Below, one piece after another: positions 38,354 to 50,575 of a stretch of 64,000 nt of DNA (position 1 is the stretch's first letter; every line of letters begins with the position of its first letter). The notes beneath the pieces were generated by a model. It did not search any database, was not told where the DNA came from, and saw nothing but the letters and a program-made list of their open reading frames with translations. The DNA is taken from NCBI GenBank assembly GCA_965645245.1, contig OZ287068.1, positions 2,604,001-2,668,000 of the forward strand, given 5' to 3'. The translations under genes and the position numbers were made by a program. This DNA comes from Massalongia carnosa (Eukaryota).

Positions 38354-39186
38354 ATTATGGCCTAACGTTGCATGTCAGCACTTGAATGGAGGCCCAAGCT
38401 ACACCTAGCGGAATATTTCAAGGCGTCACGGTACTCTGTACTTTGTACTGGTACTCCTATGTTTATGCATGCACCGTTCATCGCTGTAGGGAGAACTTTC
38501 GGGTCCTGCAATGAAGGCATTCAATAAATGTCTTATAGAGTACTCGGTACTGCTGCCGCATCGCCCCTCCACATGCCTCGGGAATCTGAACAGGTCAATT
38601 TGGTTCATGCAATGCATGCATGTCTCGCTAACATAAAGAGTACCTGGAACCAATGCGAAGAGCCGGTCATTGTCTACTGTATACTGGATGGTGACATTCC
38701 GAAACCTGCATCCAAAAAAGGTCGTCCATGTCGTTTTTTAACCTGTGGAGTTTGCTGATAAGCCTAAATTGGGCGACCATATAACCATTTGTGGTCATAC
38801 ATAGCTAATCAGTTGCCTCCATGGCTGAAGCCTCCCAGGCTTCAAACGGAACGATCTACCCAATGCTCACGTTGTGGCGTTGCCGTTGCAATGCGAATGG
38901 TCGGGTGCCATGGGTTTTTGGCTATCATAATACCTCTCCTTCTGCCCGAATCTAGTACACCTCCATTAGGACGACTCTAGCAATTCGATTTAGTTAACTC
39001 TGCGATTTTCTGTAAGGTGTTGCACTCGGTGCCCCAGGGCCCAACTGCTAATCGTTGGGATTTCATGTTTATAACATCCTGATGCCTCTGTCTTCTTGCT
39101 TTTATCATACATCACACTCCTTTGTCCGACAACACGTGATTTTTGTATATACGCACCTACTAATTTGATTTTGTATTGCTTTCACC

Positions 39187-42100
39187 ATGTTGAAATTGCT
39201 CATGTACGTCCTCTCCCTACTGCTCCTGCCAGTAGGGGAGGTCGCGGCAGGTAAGCTGTCATTAACGGATACAATTACATGGGGCGGGGACAACAGCAGG
39301 AGTGGGTACCAACCGTGAGTTTTTACCATTTTCAGCAAGCTCCATACGCGGTGTTGCTTCACGACATATGCAATCCATGAAGCTAACCTCCAAAACAGAA
39401 CGCATAATATGGATCCTTCGGTTGTTGGAAGTGCTCAATTCGGCCAGTTATGGAAGGCAGTCCTTCCAGGGAACTATCGAGGTTTTACGGAGCAGATCTA
39501 TTCCCAGTCATTAGTCTACACTCTCGACGATGGCATACAATATCTATTCGTCTCAACAACCCAAAATAATGTTTATAAGATTAATGCCAAGACAGGCACG
39601 ATTGTGGCTTCAAGAAATCTACACGTTCCTTTCTTGACTTCAGACCTGGATGGTTGCGTTGACATCAATCCCACAGTGGGAGTGACTGCAACCGGAGTGA
39701 TAGACCCGTAAGTATCGAGCAGCAAACATAGTTGGTCGGGTTCTGCTAGAAAAGCGAGTCGCTAATGATGCTACAGAGCCACGGACACATGGTATCTCAC
39801 CGCGAAGACTTATCTTGATCAAAGCGATCAGGTCAAAGGCCGTCTCAATGGCCGCTACTACTTTCACGCCATCGACGTCAACACATTGGCCGAAAAGCCT
39901 AACTTTCCCATAGGGCTGGAAGGGACGATAGGTTCGAACAATGCAAACCGCATGTTCCAGTCAGGCAATGCACATCAGCGGCCAGCGCTCCTTCATACAG
40001 GTCAGTATGTTTATGCGGGATTTGCGTCTCATTGCGTACAATACAACTTTACTGGATGGATCATGGGATGGGACAAAACTAGCGGAGCACTCGTCGAGCG
40101 GTTCACTACCGAAGGCGGCCCAGAAGCAAACACAGTTCCAGGTGGAGGAGTATGGATGTCCGGTGGGGGCATCGCGAGCGATAACAAAGGCAGTATGTTT
40201 TTTGCTACTGGTAATGGCTATACATCTCAGCTTCAGGGGACGCCAGTTCCTGGACGCCAGCCTCCTACAGCATTAGAGGAAGCCGCTGTGAATATGAAAA
40301 TTAACGATGATGGATCACTCAAGGTGGTGGACTTTTTCATGCCTTGGGAAAAGGTGCAACTTGATGGGGCGGATAAAGGTAGTTATGCATGCAATCCTTC
40401 AATACATCCAGCTAACAGGGGCGGAAGATTTGGGGACCACGCCGCTGGAGTTGCTCCAACCTGATGTTTTTACTTGCCCGAATGTGAAAAGAATGGGTGT
40501 TGTCATAGGAAAGTCGGGTAAAATGTACATATTAAATCTGGACAACCTCGGAGGATATCAAGAAGGTGTGAACAAACTCGACGCGGTCCCTCAGGTAATA
40601 CAGAATGAGAATTCTGTATACGCTGGAGCTGGTGTCTATCCGCTCGAAGGGGGTTATCTCTACATCAACGTTATCCAGGTAAGTCTTTCAGTTCTTATCG
40701 GAACCCAAGGCATCGGTTTCTACACCCAGTAAACATGATGCTTTGGTTTTCTTTTTCGGTCTTCTGATTTACATTCTCTTACTAGTATCCCACCCATGTT
40801 TTCAAATTTAGCTGTGATGCGTCTGGAAATCCGAGCTTTACCAAGGTTGGCGACAGTCCTGAAAAGAACGCATACATCTTAGGAGTAGGCCATGGTACAA
40901 CGACTTCTTTGAATGGCCAAGCTGGTACTGGCCTACTCTGGGTTTCTGATGTGGATGGCTACAACTTACGCGTTTACAATGCTATTCCGCAAAACGGTAA
41001 GCTCCAGCTAATCCAAACGGCCAATGTGGCTGGTATTACCAAGTTCACACGACCTGTCTTTGGCGATGGCCGCGCCTATCTTGGAACCACGCAAGGGGCA
41101 CTGTACTGTTTCGGTTCTCCTGTCAACCTTCCACTTACTTGCACCTCTCCGAACGATTTTGGAACGGTGGTCATCAACAGCACATCAGCAGCAAAAACCA
41201 TTCAATGCCAGGCAAACATCGACACCCAGGTGACCGCAATAACTATAAAGAGTGCCAATTTTCGAATATCATCCCTTCCCACACTTCCCTTCTCTGTTAA
41301 CAAGGGTGACAATGTCAGTTTCCAAGCCGTATTTGCTCCTGCAGCACCGGGCCCGCTATCAAACGATGTCCTTTTGGCAATGACAAACAGTGTTGCTGGC
41401 TATGCTAGCACAACTCCGGTTTCGTTGAAAGGCGTCAGTGATTCCTTGGCCCCTCTGTTGGCGGTAACACCAAATGTCGTTTCATTTGAGGGGGTGATTA
41501 CTGGGCAACAAGCAGGTGGGGTGGAACAATCAGTGATCTTTGCCAACCAAGGAGACGGTATACTTCACATCGTTGGTATGCTATTCATTCCTATACAATG
41601 AAACCTTCAGGCTGATTCTCTAGGTATCGACTACTCCATCATATCGGAAACCGGCGGGCTCGTGACCCCTAACAATACTGCCGACGGGGCTCAAGTTGGG
41701 CCTTTCACATTCAAGAACTTGCCGACTACCATTTCGGGGAACTCGCAGGCGATTGTAAACATTAACTTCAATCCTACTCAGAGCGGAAATTATGCAGTTT
41801 ACCTCCAAGTGCGAACTGATGGCGGTACTAAGATATTTGATGTCGTTGGCACTGCTGGAACTTATCCCGTAGCGTTCCTTGAATTTCAAGCGGCTGATGG
41901 GTCTGGCAAGTGGATCCCTTACACCAATAATAGTCCCCCATTCACCTTCGGCAGTGTTTATGAACAGACGACTAAAATACTTAAGATGAGGCTCACAAAC
42001 AACGGGTCAAGCTCAGCTGCGTCTTTGTCGGTCACGGTCTCGAAAGTATGTAATGATTTCTTCATGCCACGGGAAAGGGTGTTTTCTACTTGAGCTGACC

Positions 42101-45100
42101 GAGCATTTTTAGCCACCTTTTGGAGTATCTGGCATTGTTGGCGCCCAGAACGGGGTCGATCTGGCAGAAGGCACAATTCTTGCTGCTGGCGAATCCGCAA
42201 CCGCTGATCTCTTCTGCTCCGTCCCAAAGTCACAAGTCAACGTCGATGCCTACAATGGCACTGCTTTATGGACAATGAACACTGGCGATCCAAATTTTGG
42301 CAAACAATTTATTCAGTTCACTTGCAATGCTATTTCAGAACAGGTTGGCCCGCTATACCCCAACGGCTCAGCCATCTACCGATATGATGGATGCTGGAAA
42401 GAAAATAATCCTGGGCGTCAGCTAAAGGTTCAACTGTGGGGTCAGGACCCAAACAACTCAAATGACAAATGTATCGCTGCATGTGCGGCCCAGAGCTACA
42501 CATACGCTGGCACACAATACGTCTCTGAATGCTGGTGTGGCAATAAGATCCCGACCTTGCTAGCTAACGAAACTGAGTGCAACTATGCCTGTAGCGGAGC
42601 TGACAGCGAGACATGTGGCGGAAATGGCGTATGTTGCGAGAGGCTCTAAGCTGTATTGGGGTGATACTGACTCGAAACTGTAGTATTTTCATGATGGCTC
42701 GTTCATCAGCTTATTTTCAAATAAGCCTGGCATCGGCGATGTAGCCCCTCCAGGAGCTCCGGCTGTCGTTCCAACCGTCGGTAACTACGCATACACTGGA
42801 TGCTACACCGAAGGTACTAGTGGACGCGCTTTAGGAGCAAAAAATACGGCTTCGGACGACATGACAGTTGAAAAATGTGCGGCCTTTTGCACGGGATACC
42901 AATATTTTGGAATCGAATATGCTAGCGAGTGCTACTGTGACAACGCCCTTGGTGCGGGAAGCAGTAAGGTAGACGAGACTGTGTGCAGCATGACTTGCTC
43001 AGGGAATGACACTGAAATATGTGGCGATGGGAATCGCCTGACCCTTTACACTCTGATAGGTTCTTCAGGAAATTCATCGTCGACGTCAACACCCACCTCA
43101 GGGATTAATGCCTCTATATCCACTTCCTCCAGTGCGGGCGCTACAGCTACCGGTCCAGTTGCCGTTTCTAAAGCCGCAACGTATTTATATCAGGGCTGCT
43201 ACACAGAAGGCACTAATGTCCGTGCTTTATCCGCATCCGCTACGGCAGGTGGAGATATGACAGTTGAGAAATGTGCTACGTTCTGTTCGGGCTACACTTA
43301 CATGGGGGTCGAATATTCTACGGAGTGCTATTGTGCTAATTCTATCGGCGATGGAGCAGTTCTGACCTCTAGCGGTTGTTCCATGACTTGCGGTGGAAAT
43401 TCGGCTGAGCTCTGTGGAGGGCCAAACCGTCTCAACTTTTACAAAGTTGACCCTAAAGCTTCTATAACTTCTTCCTCAAGTTCAAGTTCGCCAGCTTCAA
43501 GTTCGTCAGCTTCAAGTTCGCCAGCTTCAAGTTCGCCAGCTTCAACAACTACCCCCCCGTCCTCAACGACTGCATCCGGTCCTTCAAGCATTTCAACAGC
43601 AGGAAATTTCTTTTTCGCAGGCTGTTACTCCGAGGGTACGAATGGTCGGGCTCTAGCGGATAAGACAACGGCTGCAGGCACGATGACTGTTGAGATATGC
43701 GCAGCATTTTGTTCCGGCTACTCATACATGGGTGTGGAGTACTCAACCGAGTGTTACTGCGGAAACAATATCGCAGCCGGATCTGTGTCGACTGGAAGCG
43801 GCTGTTCCATGACGTGCGGAGGTAATGCCAATGAATACTGCGGTGGACCGAATCGGTTGAATATCTACCAGGCAGGCAGTAGTTCCTCCTCCTCAGCATT
43901 TGGCAGCACAACAAAGACCAGTTCTACGTCATCCTCTTCAGCCGTGGCCAGCTCGACAAACACGAGCTTCGCATCTCCCTCCTTAGCCCATTCTATCACG
44001 ACAATAAAGAGCTCTACATCCACCTCTACCATTACTCCCTCAGCCACCGCAACTGGCCCAGCTGTTGTTCAGGGTAATGCTAACTTTACGTACACTGCCT
44101 GCTACGTTGACTCTGGCGCTCGGACGTTATCACAGCTGGTTCTAGCAAACGATCAAATAACTGTTGAGGTTTGCCTCCAAGCTTGCTCCCAGTACACATA
44201 TGCTGGGCTGGAATACGGCAGGTACGTATCCTCTATAGTCCGGGGTAGTATACAATGCCTTCTAACCAATAAATAGAGAATGCTGGTGTGCTAACACACT
44301 AGCTTCTGGTGCGGCGACGGCGACGGCCGAAAGTCAGTGTAATATGAATTGCGTAGGTAGCTCATCGGAGATCTGCGGTGCGGGAAATAGATTAACCCTC
44401 TACACTCATAACGTTCAAGTCAAACCTCAAGCCAAATTCGCATTGGCTGCCCTAGCCCCCGTTCGCAATGTTTCCGACGGCTTATCTCTGAATAGCGTTT
44501 CGCAGACTTCGTATATTTCTTCGAGCTTTAGCGTTACTTCCTCAGGCTTCATTACGTCTAGCAAACCCACTGCTTCAGGAAGCCCAACTAAGCCCTCTTC
44601 ATCTGGAAGTATGTCAGGGACGAAGTCCATTACGGTGGGGTCGTCTCCGTCCTCCAATTCATCGACCTCCGCTATATCGAAGTTTTCATCCGGTCTATTG
44701 AATTCTGCCACCGCGGGAAGGTCTTCGGGTCTGTCAAGCTCCAGCGAATCGAAATCATTATCAGCGCAGTCATCCACATCCAAGAAGACCTTTACTTCAA
44801 CGCCCTCGTCCGTTTCGCCAAGCTCCACAACGTCGAAGTCATCGTCTACATTTTCAAGCGTAATCACTTCGAAATCCTCGTTCGCTTCGTCCAGCTCTAC
44901 CGGGCGCCAATCTTCTTCATCACTTTCCATCTCATCCACTTCAAAGTTGCCCGTTTCATCCATCTTTATCGGACCCATTTCTTCTTCTTCGATCTCTACC
45001 TCTCCCACTTCGAAGGCGTCCGTTCAGTCCAGCTCCACCGGACTTAGATCTTCTTCTTCACTCTCGGCCTCTTCGTCTTCGAAGTCGTCCGTTACCTCTA

Positions 45101-46419
45101 CTCCCACCCAATCAAAGACCGCGGCTATAATATCAGTATCTACTACTTCGGAATCCTCGACGGTTTTGTCCATCTCCACCAGATCGAAATCCCCGTCTCC
45201 CGTATTGAGCTTTACTACTTCGAAATCAACATTTACTTCACCGAGCTCGACAACGCCAAAACTATCATCTACGCCTTCGACCTCACCTAGTTCAAAGCCG
45301 TCATCCAAGTTGTCCAGCTCCATTACCACCAAAGCGCCATCAAAGACTATCTCAACGAGCTCTCTGGCTTCAAAGTCTTTCTCATCCTCCAAGGTTCTTA
45401 GTTCCACGAACTTGTCTTCTGTATCCAGCGGTACGTTAACTACCACGACCAAATCTTCTTCGTCGATACTTTCCAGTTTCGTCACTTCGAGATCCTCGTC
45501 TTCCAAGCTATCTAGCTCTTCCACGAAACCTTCATCATCCAACCTTTCCAATTCTATCCTTTCGTCAGCTTCCCTTTCTTCCCAATCATCCTCTTCCAAA
45601 ATCTCCAGCTCTATTACATTACATCCATTAACTTCGATAACACCTACCACTCTACAAACTTTGTCCAGAACACCCACCATCAAACCCTCAACCTCCTCAA
45701 CATCTATTAGAATCAACCCCACCCCTAGCCAAGTACTGAACTCTTGGACCTACCTCGGCTGCGCAAACCAAACTTCCCCACTCGCTCTTTCCGGCATGCA
45801 CATCACTTCTCCCGGAGAAATGACGCTGGAGACATGCCAGGCGCTATGCCTAAAGAACTATTACGGCCTCGCTGGCCTCGAAGACGGTGACACCTGCACC
45901 TGCGGCAATGGCCTGCAATCCTATTCTGCACTCGGTCACGAGAGCTGCAACACCCCGTGCTCCGTCAACTCATCCGAGACCTGCGGTGGCAAAGACTCGC
46001 AGGGCAAGAAGTACCTCAGCGTCTGGAACTCGACGTCGACGTCCATCATCCCCACCTTCGTCAAACAAGTTGGTGCCTACCCACTCCAAGGCTGCTTCCT
46101 CGACTCAGCCAAAATCGGCCTCACGGCCACCACGTACACCAGCGCCTCGACCATGACAGCCGAGTCGTGCGTGGGCTTCTGCATTACCAAGAACTACGCC
46201 TACGCAGGCTTGAATAACGGGAACACGTGCTTCTGCGACCACGCGCTGGCACCGGCGGCGACGCTGTGGGATGATGTGCGCTGCACGAAGCTGTGCAGTG
46301 GCAACAGCCGCGAATTCTGCGGTGGGCAGAACGGGCTGTTGGTGTACAAGCTTGAGCAGAGCAGCGTGGTGGATGGGGTGCCGAAGAGGGCGAATGAAGA
46401 TAACACGCCGTTGGGTTAG
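39187..46419 (+). CDS. Large secreted multi-WSC protein (beta-propeller-like N-terminus, Ig-like region, 7 WSC domains, Ser/Thr-rich stalk)
   Basis: Signal peptide followed by TDTITWGGDNSRSGYQ and GGGVWMSGGG; seven GC(Y/W/F/A)...C..C...G....C.C...C..C.G...CG modules; multiple introns. Confidence 0.88.
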
Positions 46420-47113
46420 TTTTTGGGGGGGGGGGTTTTGGAGATACACTCTTGGTGGGAAGTGCTCACTTTGTCCGATTAGCTTGTATTTTTTTTCTTC
46501 CTCTACTACTCCTACTTGTTTTGTTGTCTATTATTGCATGGCTAAGAGATCCTCTATACCATTTACTCCCTCTTTTGCTTTTCCTTTATTTAATTTTTTT
46601 CCAGCTAGTCCTGTCACGACATCACGCGTAGAAGTTTCATTCTTTTCCGGCGTTTTACCCCCCTCACCTTTTTTCATGTCTTTTGATTTTTTTTTCTCTG
46701 CCCTTCTCTGAACATAGAATACCTATACTAGAATATACCTTTAGTTCGTATCCTCGTCTTATTCGTCTTCCCTGAATACAGAATATTCAAAATATTATTA
46801 CATACCTTTAAAATACCTTTTTGGCACAGATACCGTCTAATCCAGCCTCGGACTTGCCCCTTTGTTCCAACTTTTTCCGCTTACTTATTATCCCCCCACA
46901 AACGATCCGTCACATATCATCATCCCCCCTCCCCCACCATACCTACATTACCTATCTTATTTTTATCTATCAACAAAGTATACCTACTTACTGATGTAAC
47001 TAAGCCAAGCCTCTAACCCTAGATTCAACCCTAAACACGAGGGGTTCCCCCCTTTTTCTTTACCGCGCGGACGAAAGTAGGAATAGTTACATAGGTAGGC
47101 AGGCAGATAAGTA

Positions 47114-48124
47114 CAGTACTAGGCCAAAAATCTGCGGCCCCGCACCCCACCAACATTTCAATCATTTTATTCATTTTATTCAATCAACAATCAACCACGT
47201 CATGATTGCTGAAATGTTTTGAAATTTTATATGATGATTACATACATACTAAACAAGAAAAATTGTTTTTTAATATTTAGTATATCATCCTTCCGACGCT
47301 ACACACGCTTTTATCCTCATCATTTTCACATCTATCAACGTCCAGGCTTCTTCTAACGCTTTCCAAAGTACCTCACGAACAGTTTCATCACTGCCGATCA
47401 CCAAATCTATGTTCGAATTGACTTGATAGAAGAGCTTTTTGAGCACATATCAAACGTGCTCGATGAGATTCAAATCAGGTGAATAGGAGGATCAATCGAT
47501 AGCCTCTATGCCGTTCTCATTGAATCATTTCATCCCCTTTTTAGCCTTATGTATAGATGCGTTATCCTGCATGAAAATGAGGCTCGATTGCTAAATTTCA
47601 AGCAGATTATCGTTCAATCAATCATTTCAGATATGAATTCGTCGAGTATCTCATCTTCTTCGCAGCAAAATCACGAGCCAATTTGGACCTGTCATCTCCC
47701 CAAAAAGTGTCACGGAATGACGAGGCATATGTCAGCTGACAAGCTGACGTTAGATGAACGGCTAGCTGACATAGCTGAGGTCGCAGGAGGTAATGGCAAT
47801 GCAGAAGTGCATGCCGAAGGCATGACATGGCAATCAGGGCAGGCGATGTCCGAAGGTGGACTAGCTCAGTTATCAGGAATTATAGGCGTGTCTATTCGTT
47901 CTTCTGTTTCTTTTCTCCTTGTCGAACGTCTTGCTAGACAATCAAGTAATACGTTTGCACCACCTGAATTACCTACTTGACCTCGCACCGTGACAAAAAG
48001 CTGCTGCTCAAATCATGACACTGACTCCTTTGCCTTTGAGAACAGATTGTATCATCTCTTTATTTCATTTTTCTTTCGACAATCTGAACACTCGGTTGGG
48101 CCGCAGATTTTTGGCACGGGACTG
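47114..48124 (-). mobile_element. Degenerate, internally deleted Tc1 (impala-like, D34E) transposon
   Basis: ~27-bp TIRs CAGT.....GCCAAAAATCTGCGGCCC flanked by TA at both ends. Transposase relic FMQDNASIH...D*SSYSPDLNLIEHV*...EG*YTKY at ~47270-47707. Confidence 0.9.
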
Positions 48125-48388
48125 TAGGTAAGTAGGTATTTATATAATACTTATTATGTAGAATAGGTACTTATATCTATATTTTATGGAACCGAATGAA
48201 GCTCCGCGGGATATGACTGATAGGAGAAAGGAGGATGGACAGAATAGATAGATAGGTGAATGGATCGTACGTACGTACCAACCAACCAATCACGAGCATT
48301 AAACTTACTCCATTCTCTCGACCTGAACCTCCCCCAAACTTCCCAGTCCCCCTTCTCTCCAGTCCACCTCCCCAGTCTACGATTTCAA

Positions 48389-49224
48389 TCAAGCCCCTCC
48401 TGTTGCCCCAGTCCCCCCAACCGCCCCTCCGGGCACACAGTCGCACTCGTACTCGCCGTCGCAGAAAGCGTCGGCCGGCGCGCCTCTCGGGTCGACGCAG
48501 AAGAAGATGCGGTCGTCGGGCCCCGAGAGGGTGCCTTCGGGGATGCATTTGGCGCATTGCAGCGTTGGGTCGCAGCGCTGTTTTAAGGGGGGGGGAGGGG
48601 GGGTTAGGTTGGAAGGTTTTTTTTTGGGGGGGGGGGTTGGATGAGGAGATTAGGGGAGGAAAGGGAAGGTTTTGTGATATGGCGAAACAAGCTAGGGCAG
48701 GAGGGATTTTGGGGGGTGGGAGATTGGAAGATTGATGGGTTCTGGTAGTGGGGATAACATGGAAATTAACGTACGTTTTCATTCGAGTTGCAGTACTGGA
48801 CGGGGCCGACTTTGCCGGCGTTTGGGCTTGTGGTGGGGGAGCCGCTGGTTCCTGTGCCGCCGGTGGTCCCTCCTCCGCTTGCACTGTTTCCTCCGCTGCT
48901 GGTTCCTCCACCGGTAGCGCCCCCTCCACTAGCATCACCTCCTCCGCTGGTAGCGCCTCCTCCTCCGGAGGTCGCTTGCGGATCCACAAGCGGCCCGCAC
49001 TTGCAGTATTTCTTGGTGTACTCGGTATCGCACGGACTAGCGCCCACAACGGTCTGCTGGTACAAATACTGGCTGTCCTTGGCCGAGTTGGGGAACTTGC
49101 ATGTGGCGAGGTAGAAGAAGCTGGCGCATTGGTTGGCGTCGCAGGCCGGTGCGCCCGCCGCTTGCGAGGAGAGTACGACGAAGTAGCCCTGCAGCAGAAT
49201 TCCGAGGGTAAGGAGGAACCGCAT
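48389..49224 (-). CDS. Small secreted Cys-rich protein with a Gly-rich linker (2 exons, ~212 aa)
   Basis: Signal-peptide-like MRFLLTLGILLQGYFVVLS; a 6-Cys domain, (TSGGGGA)-like linker and 8-Cys domain; intron 48774-48578. Confidence 0.75.
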
Positions 49225-50575
49225 CCTTGCGTTTTTTTTTGAAGAAGGGGAGGTTGAGTGTTCTATCGAGGAATGAAGAGGGAGGAGATAAAAAGACTTA
49301 GATCTGAAGGGGCCGCGATAGCCTTTATACAAGTGATCCCCATCGATACGGAACGATAGTTTCCCTGACTGACTGCTCCAGACAGCGTACTCACTAGGAG
49401 TTGGTGGAGAGTGTCGCTGACCTGCATCCCGTGCCGTCGTTTCATTTCGCCCGTTGAAACGGCCCAGGTCGTCAGACGTTCGAAAACATCGGATATCTGC
49501 CGTTCTGAGCCCTTATACTACGTACATTCTGCGCGGGGGCATGAATGCCAGGCTCGCAAGACAAGAGAATCAAGGGTTACCAAGACAGAGATATAACGGG
49601 ATGCTCTGTCCCAGTGAAGGCTTGGAAAGTCTTGGAGTAGGTGTTCTATGGTGAACTTCCCGCTTCAAACCGCATCGCAAATGAAGCTGTTCCGTTTCTG
49701 CTTTTAGCCTAGCTTGAACCCTTCCTGCGTTGCCGAGCGTACATATGTCCGTGAACCCAAACATTGAATGCAACCGTTCATGCTAGTTTTAGGATATTGC
49801 TATAAATGTTTAGAACCCCCTCCAAAGAAGATATCGAGAAGGAATCCTTTCTGTTTTTTTCCCAAGGAGAAGTTGCGACGATTTTCAAGATTTCTTCAAC
49901 TTGTCAATTACACGCTTTCTCCGCCCTCTGCCGGTCTTTTGGTGTTCATATTTCCTTCTCCATCCCCTTTTCTTTTTGAAAAACCAAACGACCAAAAGCC
50001 GCAGCATCGAGTTCTTCCTTTCCTTCTTCCATGCGTCTTTCTGTTGTAGAAAACAGTCATGCCACCGTCCTCAGGCTTTTGTTTTCAATAACTTATTCGT
50101 TCACTACAGGGAGCGGAGTCGAGTGATTCTGTTTTGTTACAGAGTATTCTTACCTTATTCTACTCTATACGGAGTATTTAGGGTTAATCGTGTCAAGAAA
50201 CCCGTACTGTGTATTCTACTCTGTAATCGAAGCGAGTCGCCTACTTTTGTATCCGTACCCTGTACCTTGAACTAACTATAACAGCTCACTTAATATGCAT
50301 GGAACCGATTTTAGGTCTTCGATGCCCTAATCAGCCAAGACAGGGCACACACCACACGGTACCCAGCCTAACGTCTTCCTCCATTCTGGCTGTATCCATC
50401 CAAACCCCTTTCCCCCCCCGAAACCGAGCCCGTCATCATGGATGATCGCCTTGGTCGAGGAAAGCTGACACCAACTGAATGACTAAAGCAGTGGCTTCGT
50501 ACGGAGCACCTAAATATTGATCATCAACCCAACTCCTGACTTCTCCTGATCATGTCAGAATACACGTTGACAGCG

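Noticed and set aside
44427..45722. Long acidic minus-strand ORFs
   Set aside because: Antisense of the Ser/Thr-rich WSC stalk.
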